DNA of 20,000 bases from Seison nebaliae (lineage: Eukaryota): positions 59,689 through 79,688 of the forward strand of contig JALJEE010000699.1 in assembly GCA_023231475.1 (NCBI GenBank), in the 5' to 3' direction. The notes beneath the pieces are model-generated. The model was given only the letters and a program-made list of their open reading frames with translations. It was not told the origin of the DNA and made no database searches. Below are positions 9,801 to 20,000 of the stretch, one piece after another. The position numbers and the translations under genes were made by a program. Each line of letters opens with the position of its first letter. Position 1 is the first letter of the stretch.

Positions 9801-10511
9801 CTTTCTTAAACGTCAATCACTTCCGTAAAATCCAGATAAGTGTAGGAATTACACCTGTTAATTCATAAGAATTAACTTTCTAATAATACAACGTCAAGAC
9901 GAATGAATTAGACGGAAAAATTAATCTTAAGAATTTTTAAAATTTAATTATAATTATTTTAATTTTTAAGCTTACAACATCAACATGCCATTAAAAGAAG
10001 CTTAACGTTTAAAATTTGTACTAAATACTCAATAAGAGTATATGAGCTGTCTGAACAGTTGGCGAGGTAGTCAACTGCAGAAGTTGTTTAATTTGAATAA
10101 GCAGCTATTGAGACAATATTCTGCAATTGTCTTACTTACAACGACTAACATTAATTTAGGTGGTAGGAAAGTATTTTTTCATGACTATTTTAATTCATCT
10201 CCTCTCCTTCCAAAAGTTACATTTGAGATGAATATTCGAATCTCATAAATTTTTTCCGTCCGCAAAATTTCTAATTTTACAACCGTTTTTAAAATAGTCG
10301 TCAGTTTTTTTTTGACAAAATTTTCAAGTTTATCATTCTTCCTTTCGCCCCTCCCAACCAACTTTCTACTTATTATTACTTTACTTCCCTTAACTTTCTT
10401 CAATAATATTATAATACCCCAATAATATTTTCTTGTTCAAATATTTTTTCCCAGAAATTTTCCAATTTGTTCAAATTGAGAGAAGGAAAAGAGAAATTTC
10501 AGGTGACAAGA

Positions 10512-13500
10512 ATGAGTGAAGAACAAGTATTACCAAATGCACAGCAGGCGATGTATCGTCGAACGGTTCGACTTTATGATTCGCGTCAGTTCAAACGAGC
10601 ATATCAATTGTCGAAGGACATTCTTCGCATCTGTCCCCAACACGGAGAGACGTTAACGATGCAATCATTGGCTCTTGTCAATTTGCCACCGGGAACATAT
10701 TTGAAGAAAATGAATCAATCAGTGGAATTGCCATCGACGCCATTATTTGAGCATCCTCAATTGGTGATTGCACTTTATGAAGATCGACGTCGTCGTGCGA
10801 AGGATATTGCACATTCAGGAGTTCATTTCAACATCCAATCTGGTTCATGTTGGCATGTTTATGGATTAATTCATCGTCTCCATCAGGAATATGAGGCGGC
10901 ACTTCGATTATTTAAGAAGGCACATTCATTAGATTCGACGAATGTAAATATTCTCAGAGATTTATCACTTCTTCAAGTTCATTTGAAGAATTATGATGGT
11001 TTCCGTGAAACTCGAAGACAAATGCTTATTCAACGACCTCATCTCTCGATGAATTGGATGGCATTTGCAATCGGTGCACACATTTCCGGATGTGGTGATC
11101 TGGCTTGTAATATTTTGGAGAAGTTTTATACGTCGAAATCGGATAATCGAATGTCATCTAATGAAAAATCGCGAGTTCTCTCTTATTGGAATTTGATAAT
11201 ATTACAACAAGGCAAATTCGAAGAAGCCATTGAACATTTGGATAAATATGAGGAGCATATGTTGGATAAAGATCATTGTTTGATGAGGAAAGCTGGTTTG
11301 AATGAGTTGTTAGGAGAATATGATTCGGCGACATATTATTATGAGAAATTATTCTCACGTAATTTCACTAATTTGGATTGTCTGTTGAAATTGTACGAGT
11401 TGTACATGAGAAAAGAGAGAACGGATGATGATGATACGTTCACATTGAACATGAAACGACTCCAATTCTTCAAAGAAATTACTGATCGTTATCCTTATTC
11501 CATTCACACGATAACAATTCCATTGAAATTATTGTCATTGAAATCGAATGCGAAAGAGTTTGAGGAATTATTAGAGAAATTCTTAATTCGAAGTGTGACA
11601 AGAACTAATGCCTCATTCTTCCAATATTTCCTTACCATCATCGATGATCGACATAAATTACTTATTGTTCTCAAACAACTCGTACATCTTATGAACATTT
11701 TCCTCAAGAATAATTTCGGTGAAACAAAAAACGATGACATTGTCGAGAATTCGGGAAAGATCGTTCAAAATTTATATCATATGGATTTGGAAGTTTTACG
11801 TACTTATTTCCTCAATGATCGACAACCAACCACATTCCTCTGGCTTACTTATTTCTTAGGAAATATTTTGGCAATTGTCGGTGCATATGGATTTGCTCTT
11901 GATTTGATACATGTTGCTCTTTGTCACACTCCAACTATGAATGAATTGAGAACATTGGAAGCTGATATTCTTTATCGTATCGGATATGTTGATCAATCAT
12001 CGAAAGCATATGATCGAATTCGTCGTTTAGATACAGCTGATAAATATTTGAATAGTTTGAATGCGAGAGGTGAAATCCGTCGAGGAAATATTGGTCGTGG
12101 TGAAGCAATCATTTCTATATTTACTAAAGAGTCGAGTAGTAGTCGAATGTATATGAAAGAGAACGAATGTACTTGGTGGTTATTTGAATTAGCGAAACAT
12201 TATCGTTCTAATGCTCATCATATCGAAACGAGATATTGTTATGATATCATTCTCGCTCCCAACGAATTGAAACGATTAAAAAATGAATTTCAAAATGTTA
12301 CATCGTCTCAATCAATCTCGTCGTCGTCGTCATCGAATCAACAAAATTCAACACATGACGAAATCACTTCGATTTCAGCAATTCTCCAAAAGAATGTAGC
12401 ACGAACTGACGACGAATTTCTAACACCGATAGCTGAAGCCGATTTTGCATTCACTACTTCCTTAATGAAATATTTGGAGATCGTTCAAATATTTTCTGGA
12501 TTTCTTAATGACAAATTCGATTTTCATGCTTATTGTACAAAACGGTTATTTCCATCAGCATACGTACAGATGTTGAATGACGCTGATCGAGTTGAAGAGA
12601 ATGACGCTTTCTGTTATGGAGCGAGTGGTGCATTGGAATTATTGATGGTTCTCTATAATACACGATCGATGACTGATGAATTAAAGGAGTCATATAAATT
12701 GAAATTTGATGAGATTCGAATGAAAAAATTTGAATTGCAATTCAGTGAATTGGGAGAAATGAAAGATTTGAAGAAACGGGAACAATTTCTCCAACAGAAA
12801 ATGAAACATCTTCAGAAACGTCAAAAACAAAAAATCAATCGTCAAAAAACGAAATCACAGAAAGCACAAATTGCTCCGATAATCGACAAATCAAAAATCG
12901 AAGACGAACAATGTGGAGATAATGATAATGTAGGAGGACAATCAGGTAAATATGATTGTCATCTCAATTTCGATGATATGGCACAAATGTTCTTGAAACA
13001 AAAACGAATCGGTTATGAACATTTGATGACGATTAGTTCGGAAGAGATTATGAAAGAATTTCTCTTACCCATCGCTCGTTCATTACAAGCGGCTCATTCG
13101 AATAAACCATCAGTTCATGTTCTTCTATTTGATATTTATTTGAATGGCAATTGTCCATTGGCTTTAATCAAGACATATGAACAACTTATTCAATTATATC
13201 GTTTTAATGAATTTGAAAATATGGAATTGACTTCGACTGTTTTTAATTTGAAAGAATTAACGAATTCGTTAATGAATTCTGATTTAATTAAAGAGAAAGA
13301 TTTGGCAGATAATTGGCGTTTAATAAAGAATTATTTAGCCAATCCATCATTATCACTCGTTACATTGAAATTATCATATTTGATACAGAATAATGGATTG
13401 TGCAATATAATGTCGTATGAAAAATTGGGAAAAACGTTAAAGTTGACAATTGACGAATTGAAATATCATCTCCAATTATCATCAATCGATCATTCGATTT

Positions 13501-14498
13501 TCAGTTCGATGGATATGTCAAAGACTCGACATCAGAATGCATTGAATTCTTTCTTTTGGTATCGATCAGTTCGATCGTTGCCAATTCCTAAAACGGAGAA
13601 GGATCTCGCTGATTTCCATTCACTTTTATCCCAATCACCAAATCTGGAGATGGTGAATGTATTGAATCAATTCGAATTATGGAAAATATCGAAAGAAACG
13701 AACAACGACAATACGTCTCGATTGAGAGAGAAGTTCGTTGAGATTTTGGAGAAATTTACAAATTTCATTAAAGAAATTCCAATCAATAATCAGGTGCCGA
13801 GAGAGAATGATTTGATCGAAGGCGAATTGGAAATGACATCGAAAAATTATGGGAAATATTCATGCGATATTCTCAAAGATGTGAATGAATTAATCGAGAA
13901 ATTAGAAACGAATATTCCCGCCACATTATTAGATGTGAATAATGATGATGATATGAGACCGGCCACATTGAATTGGTCCGAATCGAATGGTGCACTTTCC
14001 AGACTCTATCAACAACTTAATCCATTTGCTTCCACATCAGTATGTCAAGCACGTGAACGAACATTTGCTCAATCACCTCCTCTCAAGTTGACTCAAGATC
14101 GTTTAATTGAAGTGAAATTTGGATGTCTATCATCTCTCTCCGAGAATGTGGACGACCATTTCACTCAATTATGTTTCTCTCAACATCATCAATTACAGAA
14201 ACCAATCAACTTGTCACAACTACTCCAAAATAATACGATGAGTCGTCTAGCCGAATGTCGTCCTTGGTGGTATGTTTCGAAAGAAATTCTCGAACGAATA
14301 CTCACAACAAAAAATTACGGAAATGTTACTCATTTGTTGATGAGTCGTCTTCTGCCCATGAACGTGACTGGCAAAATCGAAATGAATGATTCGGAAATCG
14401 CCACTAAATTCGACCGGTTGGTGGATGTTTGTCGTGAGAAATGGCCAGCGGCTAAATATTTATTTAAATATTCTTCCGATTATTTGACGGTTAACTAA
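10512..14498 (+). CDS. NAA15: N-alpha-acetyltransferase NatA auxiliary subunit (NAA15/NAA16/Nat1-like), TPR protein, intronless, 1328 aa
   Basis: HGETL, CWHVYGLIHR, NILRDLSLLQ, GFRETR, QPTTFLW, HTPT..EL, LDTADKYLNS, ECTWW and DKFDFHAYC motifs match NAA15. The ORF track starts at TTG 10467; the first ATG at 10512 (MSEEQVLP) aligns with the family N-terminus. AATAAA at 14513-14518. Confidence 0.92.
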   Translation: MSEEQVLPNAQQAMYRRTVRLYDSRQFKRAYQLSKDILRICPQHGETLTMQSLALVNLPPGTYLKKMNQSVELPSTPLFEHPQLVIALYEDRRRRAKDIAHSGVHFNIQSGSCWHVYGLIHRLHQEYEAALRLFKKAHSLDSTNVNILRDLSLLQVHLKNYDGFRETRRQMLIQRPHLSMNWMAFAIGAHISGCGDLACNILEKFYTSKSDNRMSSNEKSRVLSYWNLIILQQGKFEEAIEHLDKYEEHMLDKDHCLMRKAGLNELLGEYDSATYYYEKLFSRNFTNLDCLLKLYELYMRKERTDDDDTFTLNMKRLQFFKEITDRYPYSIHTITIPLKLLSLKSNAKEFEELLEKFLIRSVTRTNASFFQYFLTIIDDRHKLLIVLKQLVHLMNIFLKNNFGETKNDDIVENSGKIVQNLYHMDLEVLRTYFLNDRQPTTFLWLTYFLGNILAIVGAYGFALDLIHVALCHTPTMNELRTLEADILYRIGYVDQSSKAYDRIRRLDTADKYLNSLNARGEIRRGNIGRGEAIISIFTKESSSSRMYMKENECTWWLFELAKHYRSNAHHIETRYCYDIILAPNELKRLKNEFQNVTSSQSISSSSSSNQQNSTHDEITSISAILQKNVARTDDEFLTPIAEADFAFTTSLMKYLEIVQIFSGFLNDKFDFHAYCTKRLFPSAYVQMLNDADRVEENDAFCYGASGALELLMVLYNTRSMTDELKESYKLKFDEIRMKKFELQFSELGEMKDLKKREQFLQQKMKHLQKRQKQKINRQKTKSQKAQIAPIIDKSKIEDEQCGDNDNVGGQSGKYDCHLNFDDMAQMFLKQKRIGYEHLMTISSEEIMKEFLLPIARSLQAAHSNKPSVHVLLFDIYLNGNCPLALIKTYEQLIQLYRFNEFENMELTSTVFNLKELTNSLMNSDLIKEKDLADNWRLIKNYLANPSLSLVTLKLSYLIQNNGLCNIMSYEKLGKTLKLTIDELKYHLQLSSIDHSIFSSMDMSKTRHQNALNSFFWYRSVRSLPIPKTEKDLADFHSLLSQSPNLEMVNVLNQFELWKISKETNNDNTSRLREKFVEILEKFTNFIKEIPINNQVPRENDLIEGELEMTSKNYGKYSCDILKDVNELIEKLETNIPATLLDVNNDDDMRPATLNWSESNGALSRLYQQLNPFASTSVCQARERTFAQSPPLKLTQDRLIEVKFGCLSSLSENVDDHFTQLCFSQHHQLQKPINLSQLLQNNTMSRLAECRPWWYVSKEILERILTTKNYGNVTHLLMSRLLPMNVTGKIEMNDSEIATKFDRLVDVCREKWPAAKYLFKYSSDYLTVN

Positions 14499-14923
14499 GT
14501 GATGAAGAGATAAATAAATTAAAAATGAATTAATACTTCTTTCCTTATTTTTTCCACATAATTCCTCCCATAATTGTTACGTTCTTTTCAAATCTTGTTA
14601 TAACGCGTTTTTTCGCATTATCTAATTTTAGGTCGTTTTCTCTTCACATAAATATATCTGGTTGTTTTTGAAAGAAAATCGATCATTTGAATTTGAACAA
14701 TTCTCCTTGATATCACTCCTAATCTAAGGGAACATCACATTCAGCGTTATATCAATTAAAGAATTTTTATTTTAATAAACGTTAATTCTTTTACTTCACC
14801 TTACTCATATGATTAAATCTACATTAAATTAAATTGATGAAAGAAATTATTCAATAATTATAATTAGTTAAAAATGAGAAGTGAAATATTCATTATCTTA
14901 ATTAATTTCATTTTTTCTTCAAA

Positions 14924-16817
14924 TCATTTTCCTATACAAAATCCTTTAAATAGTTCATCGAATATTAATTCCATTTCAATACCATCATCATATAAATGAA
15001 TTATTCGTCGTAATTCTTTATTGGCAAAGCGGAGATGTTCACTCAATTGACAATAATCAATTTCATCCGAAATATCTCCTATACTTTCGAGATGGTTCTT
15101 TACTTTCCTTAACTGAATTTCATGACGATCATTCATATTAAGTGAAACGATATCATTCCAATCATCATCTCTGTCATAAGTTAATTCGAATAATTTTGAT
15201 GGAATTAATTGAAAAAAATTGTTTGAAACTTTAATAAGTGTTGAGAGAAAATCCCTTGCAAACTTTTGTAGAAACGTTCCTCCTCCAAATGATTTGCTGT
15301 TTGCTCTTTAGTTTCGACGGTGTTCATTAGAAAAATGTTTTTCATTTTCAATTGCAGAGTGAATGCACCATCAATTTTCCACAAAATTTTTCCATTCTTC
15401 ATATTTTCCAAACGATGGAAAAATGATTGAAAATGTCGAAAGTTCTTCATTTTGTCACTCTTGTTAAAAATAATGAAAAGTTCTTTCAACTCTTTCTTCT
15501 CATTAATATCATCCGTTTCTTTTCCATTCATTATCAATCGAACATTCCGTTTAATTATTTTAATAAAATTCAAATTCTCATTTATCAATTCATCAACATC
15601 GATAACTAATAGACAAATATCTGTCTTCTCTTCTAATCTGAAGACAAATTAGAGAATGAAATTCAATAAAAGAAACTGTTCAATCGATTTCATTCTAGTC
15701 AATTCGTCTAATTCCGTCAAATTCTCCTCCTCAATAATTCCACCAGTATCCGCTAAAATTATTTTGAATTTATCCAACAACATCTGTCTCTCAATCACGT
15801 CACGTGTTGTACCAGCAAATGCTGAAATAATCGAAATATTTTCTTTGCCTAAAATAAGTCCAACAAATCATAAAAATAAAATTTGTAATTATTTCGAAGA
15901 AAAATTGAAAAATTAACAGATTCGATTAAACAATGAACTCTTCCCAACATTCGCCTTACCGAACAATGTCAATCGTATTCCGTTGCGGATCATTTGTCGT
16001 CGATTATTATCGTCCAACCAATCATTAATCAATTTTTTTATGGAATTAATCGATTGGAAAACTGAACTTGAAAGAAAGAAAGAAATTAGAGCGAAAATCG
16101 AGAAATGTTTGAGAACCATCGACAGTTATAGATTTCTCATCTAATCCTGCTTCTTCACCAAAATCGATAATCATTGTAATTTTAGATTGACACTGTTAAG
16201 AATAATTTGAGGAAATGTGAAGAAGGAGAGAAACTTTTCGAAGAATATCAATTTGACGTTGAATGATACGACTAATTCCACCCGAATGAGCTGCCAATGC
16301 CAATTTTCTTTCTTTTTCACTTTCACTTTCAATCAACTTTTTTAACGTTTCCACTTGAGTCAAATCCATTTTATTATTAATTAACGATCGTTTCGTAAAT
16401 TCACCAGGATGTGCTATTCTCATATTCGGATGAAAATCGTTCAACAATTTATTTAATCTCCGAACAATCGCCACACTTCCATGAACATGAAGTTCCACAC
16501 AATTCTCTCCCGTGTAACTGGCGGGTGCAGGAAACCATAGAACTAGACCATTGTCGATATTCTCCAATGTTTGATGATCTTTAATTAATGTGTAATGTGC
16601 ATATCTTCTTTTACGATCTATCACAATTATTGACTTTAGAAGATAATTAGAAAGGAGAACTCTTTTCAGATAAATTGCAACATTCATTAAGAAATTTAGA
16701 TGAAAGATTGCCACTTATACGGAAAACGGCAATACCAGTTGCTCTTCGGAACTCACCAGACGATGAACATAAAGCAAAAATCGTATCAGATAAATATAAT
16801 CTGGACAATCGGAACAT
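14924..16817 (-). CDS. GTPBP3: Mitochondrial tRNA modification GTPase GTPBP3/MnmE/MSS1; exons 16817-16661, 16617-16235, 16192-16117, 16061-15918, 15848-15677, 15637-15230, 15170-14924 (528 aa)
   Basis: DTIFAL, GIAVFRISG, WFPAPASYTGENCVELHVHGS, AHPGEFTKRS..NNKMDLTQVE, IDFGE, G1 GKANVGKSS, G2 GTTRD, G3 DTGG, G4 NKSD, and C-terminal FCIGK. Six GT-AG introns (43, 42, 55, 69, 39, 59 nt) give a continuous 1587-nt frame. Confidence 0.95.
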
Positions 16818-18061
16818 GTTTCTCACAACTCAACTCAATGTCTGGTCATATTGCGTTATCGTAGCTAAGAAATCAATTTTTCACAATTCTTCTTTATTTT
16901 TTAACATATTCTTATTCGTCTTCTCTCTAATGATTCTGTCGACTACAATTGAGACGATTAGAAATTATTAGTCCATACAATTTTCTTACAGTTAATTCAA
17001 GACAAAAATTAATTGTCCAAAATTTTTTTCCATAAAATTATGTTCGATAAGAGATCAGATCAAAAACTGATTTACTTCATACTTCTCAAGCTATCTAACA
17101 AACTCAAATAAACTCTTTCCATTATATGAATATGAAAAATTAGATTTTCTAGTAACTAACAAGATTGAGTGAACTTTAAAACATTTTACAACTCAAAAAT
17201 GTTTAATTCATAATAGTTAAAATAACAAAATGTTTGAAGGTTTTTAAGTTGAAGTAGATGTTGGAAATTGTTGGAAAGTGATGAGTAATAAGTAAGGATT
17301 CTATCCTGGACGATGTGATACCACGCGTGGAACTCCATGCCTTAGCAGAAGGGAGACCCCCTGGCATCGCCTTTAAAAACAATTCCAATTTTTCGCGAAG
17401 ATGGAGATTTTGAAATTTGATATGAAACAGTAGATCATAGGTTGGGGTATTTTGATTTGCCTGAAATCGAAAAAAAGGTAGACTGATCCAAAAATAATTC
17501 AAGACATCTTTCTGATATTGGACGAAGGCCTACTCTTAACCAGTTAATAAATTACCTTAGGGATACCTACGGTAATGACGATGAATATATCTAATGCAAT
17601 AGGAAGTGTTTTTAGTGATTGCATTTTTTAAACGATCACACGAAAAATAAAATAAATTAATAAAATAATAATAAAATAGAGATTAAATATATTTATTTAT
17701 AACAAAATTTGATGGAAAAAATCTGAGGAATTTTAAAATTTGAACATAAAATAGGAAAATAAGAGAATTTGAATGAATCAATATTCTTCGTCTTATATTA
17801 TATTTTGGGTAGTCGACCAGATAAACCTCTTTCACTTTGAGGTAATTGAATTGAATATTCTCAATCCGAATAACCTTATCGATAATGAGAATATTTACAA
17901 TAGGTCCTCCAAAAACTCTTAGCCTCATTTTGGTCATACTTAACCTATTCTTATTTTCTTCCTTCTTTATCAAAGGAAGAACGTATTGGTATAATGAACC
18001 AAATGCCTTCCAGATGTTCCATATGAGAACGGCGTAGTAGTGTTCTTGTTCAAATCACCTC

Positions 18062-18089
18062 TTGGCCTCATAATGTGACATGAGGCCAA
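18062..18089. repeat. Perfect 10-bp stem hairpin / inverted repeat
   Basis: TTGGCCTCAT-AATGTGAC-ATGAGGCCAA. Confidence 0.85.
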
Positions 18090-19558
18090 ATCAAGGAGTA
18101 ACCATCAATAGGCCTAATGGCAGAAAGTACACCTATCGGTGTTCAAGCATATATATAATTTCAATGGTCGTCGATCAAGGACAACCATCCTTCTCATTCG
18201 ATCATCAACCGATTGAACAGAATTCGGTGAATGAAAATTGTCGATTTAAAAATTTTTTAAGTAAATACTGAAAGATGAAATGTTTTTGCGCTTCTTATAT
18301 CTATCGAGCTACAATTATCAACCATACATAACGACCTTGCTATTGTTGCACTTCTTACAAGTTAGTCACTATTGTTAGTGTTCTATTATTAATAATATCT
18401 CGAATATCAGTAAATTACGATAAATTAATCTTACTTATAATGAAGCAGTTTGGTTGATGCTTGGTTGTCATAAGCCTTATAATACCCCATTTATGTTCAT
18501 TATTTGTGAATTAACTCGTTTGCCGTTATTGCTGCTTCAGAGATATCTGAAAGTAGTTGATTCTGTTCGCAATTCGACACACAATACGAGGGTTTCTCAT
18601 CACTTATCCAAACAACTATCTCTCAATCTAAATGTGATAAACAATTTATTGAATAAAATTGAAGATTATTAAAAGAAAAGTAAAGTTTGAAGTTTGAACA
18701 AGAAAGTTTAATACTTTTGTACTACAGTATAAAAGAAAGAATATCACAAAATGACTTTTGTCATAATATAAATTTGACGATATTTGTTCATTATCAGTTC
18801 CCGGAAATTCATAATAAAATAAACGAAGAACATATTTGTCTTTACTTTAAACAAGCTTTTTAAAACTTAAGAGGTTTTTATCTTAAACATTTCACTTGAA
18901 ACTTTGAAATTTTCCTAAGTTTGTCAAAACGAAGGAATTAAATATTAATTAAACTTTTTTAATAAGTGATTCGAATTTTATTGAGCACAAATTACAAGTC
19001 AATATCAGAACTAATGGAAACAGAGAAGGAAAAAAATTAAATTGAATAAAGTAGATATTGAAATCTAATTCGTACGTAATTTCAATAAAATTCCAGAATC
19101 ATGAAAATTTCCGCTTTAGATTTTCTTTAGTACTTTTTGGGGAATTTCATTTGTCTGTATCTGTAGTATTTTGTTCTTACAATATTCAACGTCCAATTGA
19201 GTTTTCCCATATTACTCTATTTGGGAATAGATTTTTATTAAATTAATTGTTGTGGAGTTGTGAGTTTCATTTCACAACGAGTTAAAATTTTATATAATAA
19301 ATGTACAAATGAGGATTGGTGTCTTAAGGTCGTGGTTAACAACGGATTATGGGCAAAACAACTTGGGTTGTTACATAAACTTCATTACAACTACCTACGA
19401 ATTTTCTCCATAGTTCTTATCTTATCATCCTCTTTCGGCTTCCTTTTTAAGACTCATCTGGACAGTTGTGCACGTTTTTTCAACACCTTTCCTGTTTTTG
19501 AGAGATTACGGATAGTTTTAAACTGCCATTTAGAGTTAAAAAGCTGAAGTCAATCATA

Positions 19559-19630
19559 TCCGTGATAGTATAGTGGTGAGTATCCCCGCCTGTCACGCGG
19601 GAGACCGGGGTTCAATTCCCCGTCACGGAG
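19559..19630 (+). tRNA. trnD-GTC: tRNA-Asp (GTC)
   Basis: 72-nt cloverleaf: acceptor TCCGTGA/TCACGGA plus G discriminator, A box TAGTATAGTGG, anticodon GTC at 19592-19594 in a CCCGC/GCGGG stem, B box GGTTCAATTCC. Confidence 0.97.
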
Positions 19631-19636
19631 ATTAAA

Positions 19637-19642
19637 TTTTTT
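19637..19642 (+). terminator. Pol III oligo-T terminator
   Basis: T6 run 6 nt after the tRNA 3' end. Confidence 0.7.
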
Positions 19643-20000
19643 GATAGCTAAAATTAGAAAAATTAAATTATTAAAAGAAATCTCAAAAATTAGAAAGAAA
19701 TGTTAAACATTTTATTTTTAAAAGAAATAGGAAATTTTAATAGTTTTAGAAAAGAAATGAATTTTTTTCTCGATATTTCTTGGACATTTGATAAATTCCT
19801 TAGAGTCTATGACGTAGACAATTTCCGTTAATAATTAGTCCATGTTTGAATAGTCCACAGTAATCCAATGCATTGTTGCCGAATGGAAGAATTGTGAATC
19901 GAGTTAACAACAATATGTGTTCTTATTCTTGAAAGACGAACAATCTTCGTATTTTGTCGACTATCGTCATTGATTTGATGTGACAATTGTCATAAAATTT

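Noticed and set aside
10090..10175. - strand ATACTTTCCT...ATTGCAG...CAAAT resembling U1 snRNA landmarks
   Set aside because: No stem-loop I with GATCAC, no Sm site or stem-loop IV, and wrong spacing
11158..16971. Small antisense ORFs inside NAA15 and GTPBP3
   Set aside because: Shadows of the real coding strands
19020..19028. ACAGAGAAG resembling the U6 box
   Set aside because: Not followed by ATTAGCATGG and no U6 5' stem-loop
19432..19460. - strand CAGATGAG...GCCGAAA hammerhead-like core
   Set aside because: Core is CAGA not CTGA and stem II does not pair
18454..19547. ORFs 18454-18672, 19058-19246, 19260-19547
   Set aside because: Non-ATG starts, no recognisable motifs, AT-rich background
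5604..19630. Functional cluster of TFIIB, RPC9, GTPBP3 and tRNA-Asp
   Set aside because: Different polymerases and compartments, mixed strands; most likely coincidental in a gene-dense genome

Overview
AT-rich, gene-dense eukaryotic (metazoan) genomic window with no CRISPR or prokaryotic features. Manual splicing gives seven protein genes and one tRNA. In order: a 5'-truncated chitin-binding type-2 domain gene (+), a 6-exon TBX1/org-1 T-box gene (-), intronless TFIIB (-), a ciliary microtubule inner protein CIMIP2C/C2orf70 (+) with an upstream X-box, intronless RNA Pol III subunit RPC9/CRCP (-) overlapping it tail-to-tail, a long intronless NAA15-like gene (+), a 7-exon GTPBP3/MnmE gene (-), and tRNA-Asp(GTC). 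The most striking signal is in the splicing. All 15 reconstructed coding introns (14 of 39-69 nt, one of 118 nt) start with GTT rather than GTA/GTG, and most lack the -1G and +5G used for U1/U6 pairing, which suggests a rewired 5' splice-site code. Taxonomy is not determined; the motile-cilia gene and tiny introns would fit a compact ciliated invertebrate genome (inference only). Family assignments come from recalled motifs, not database searches.
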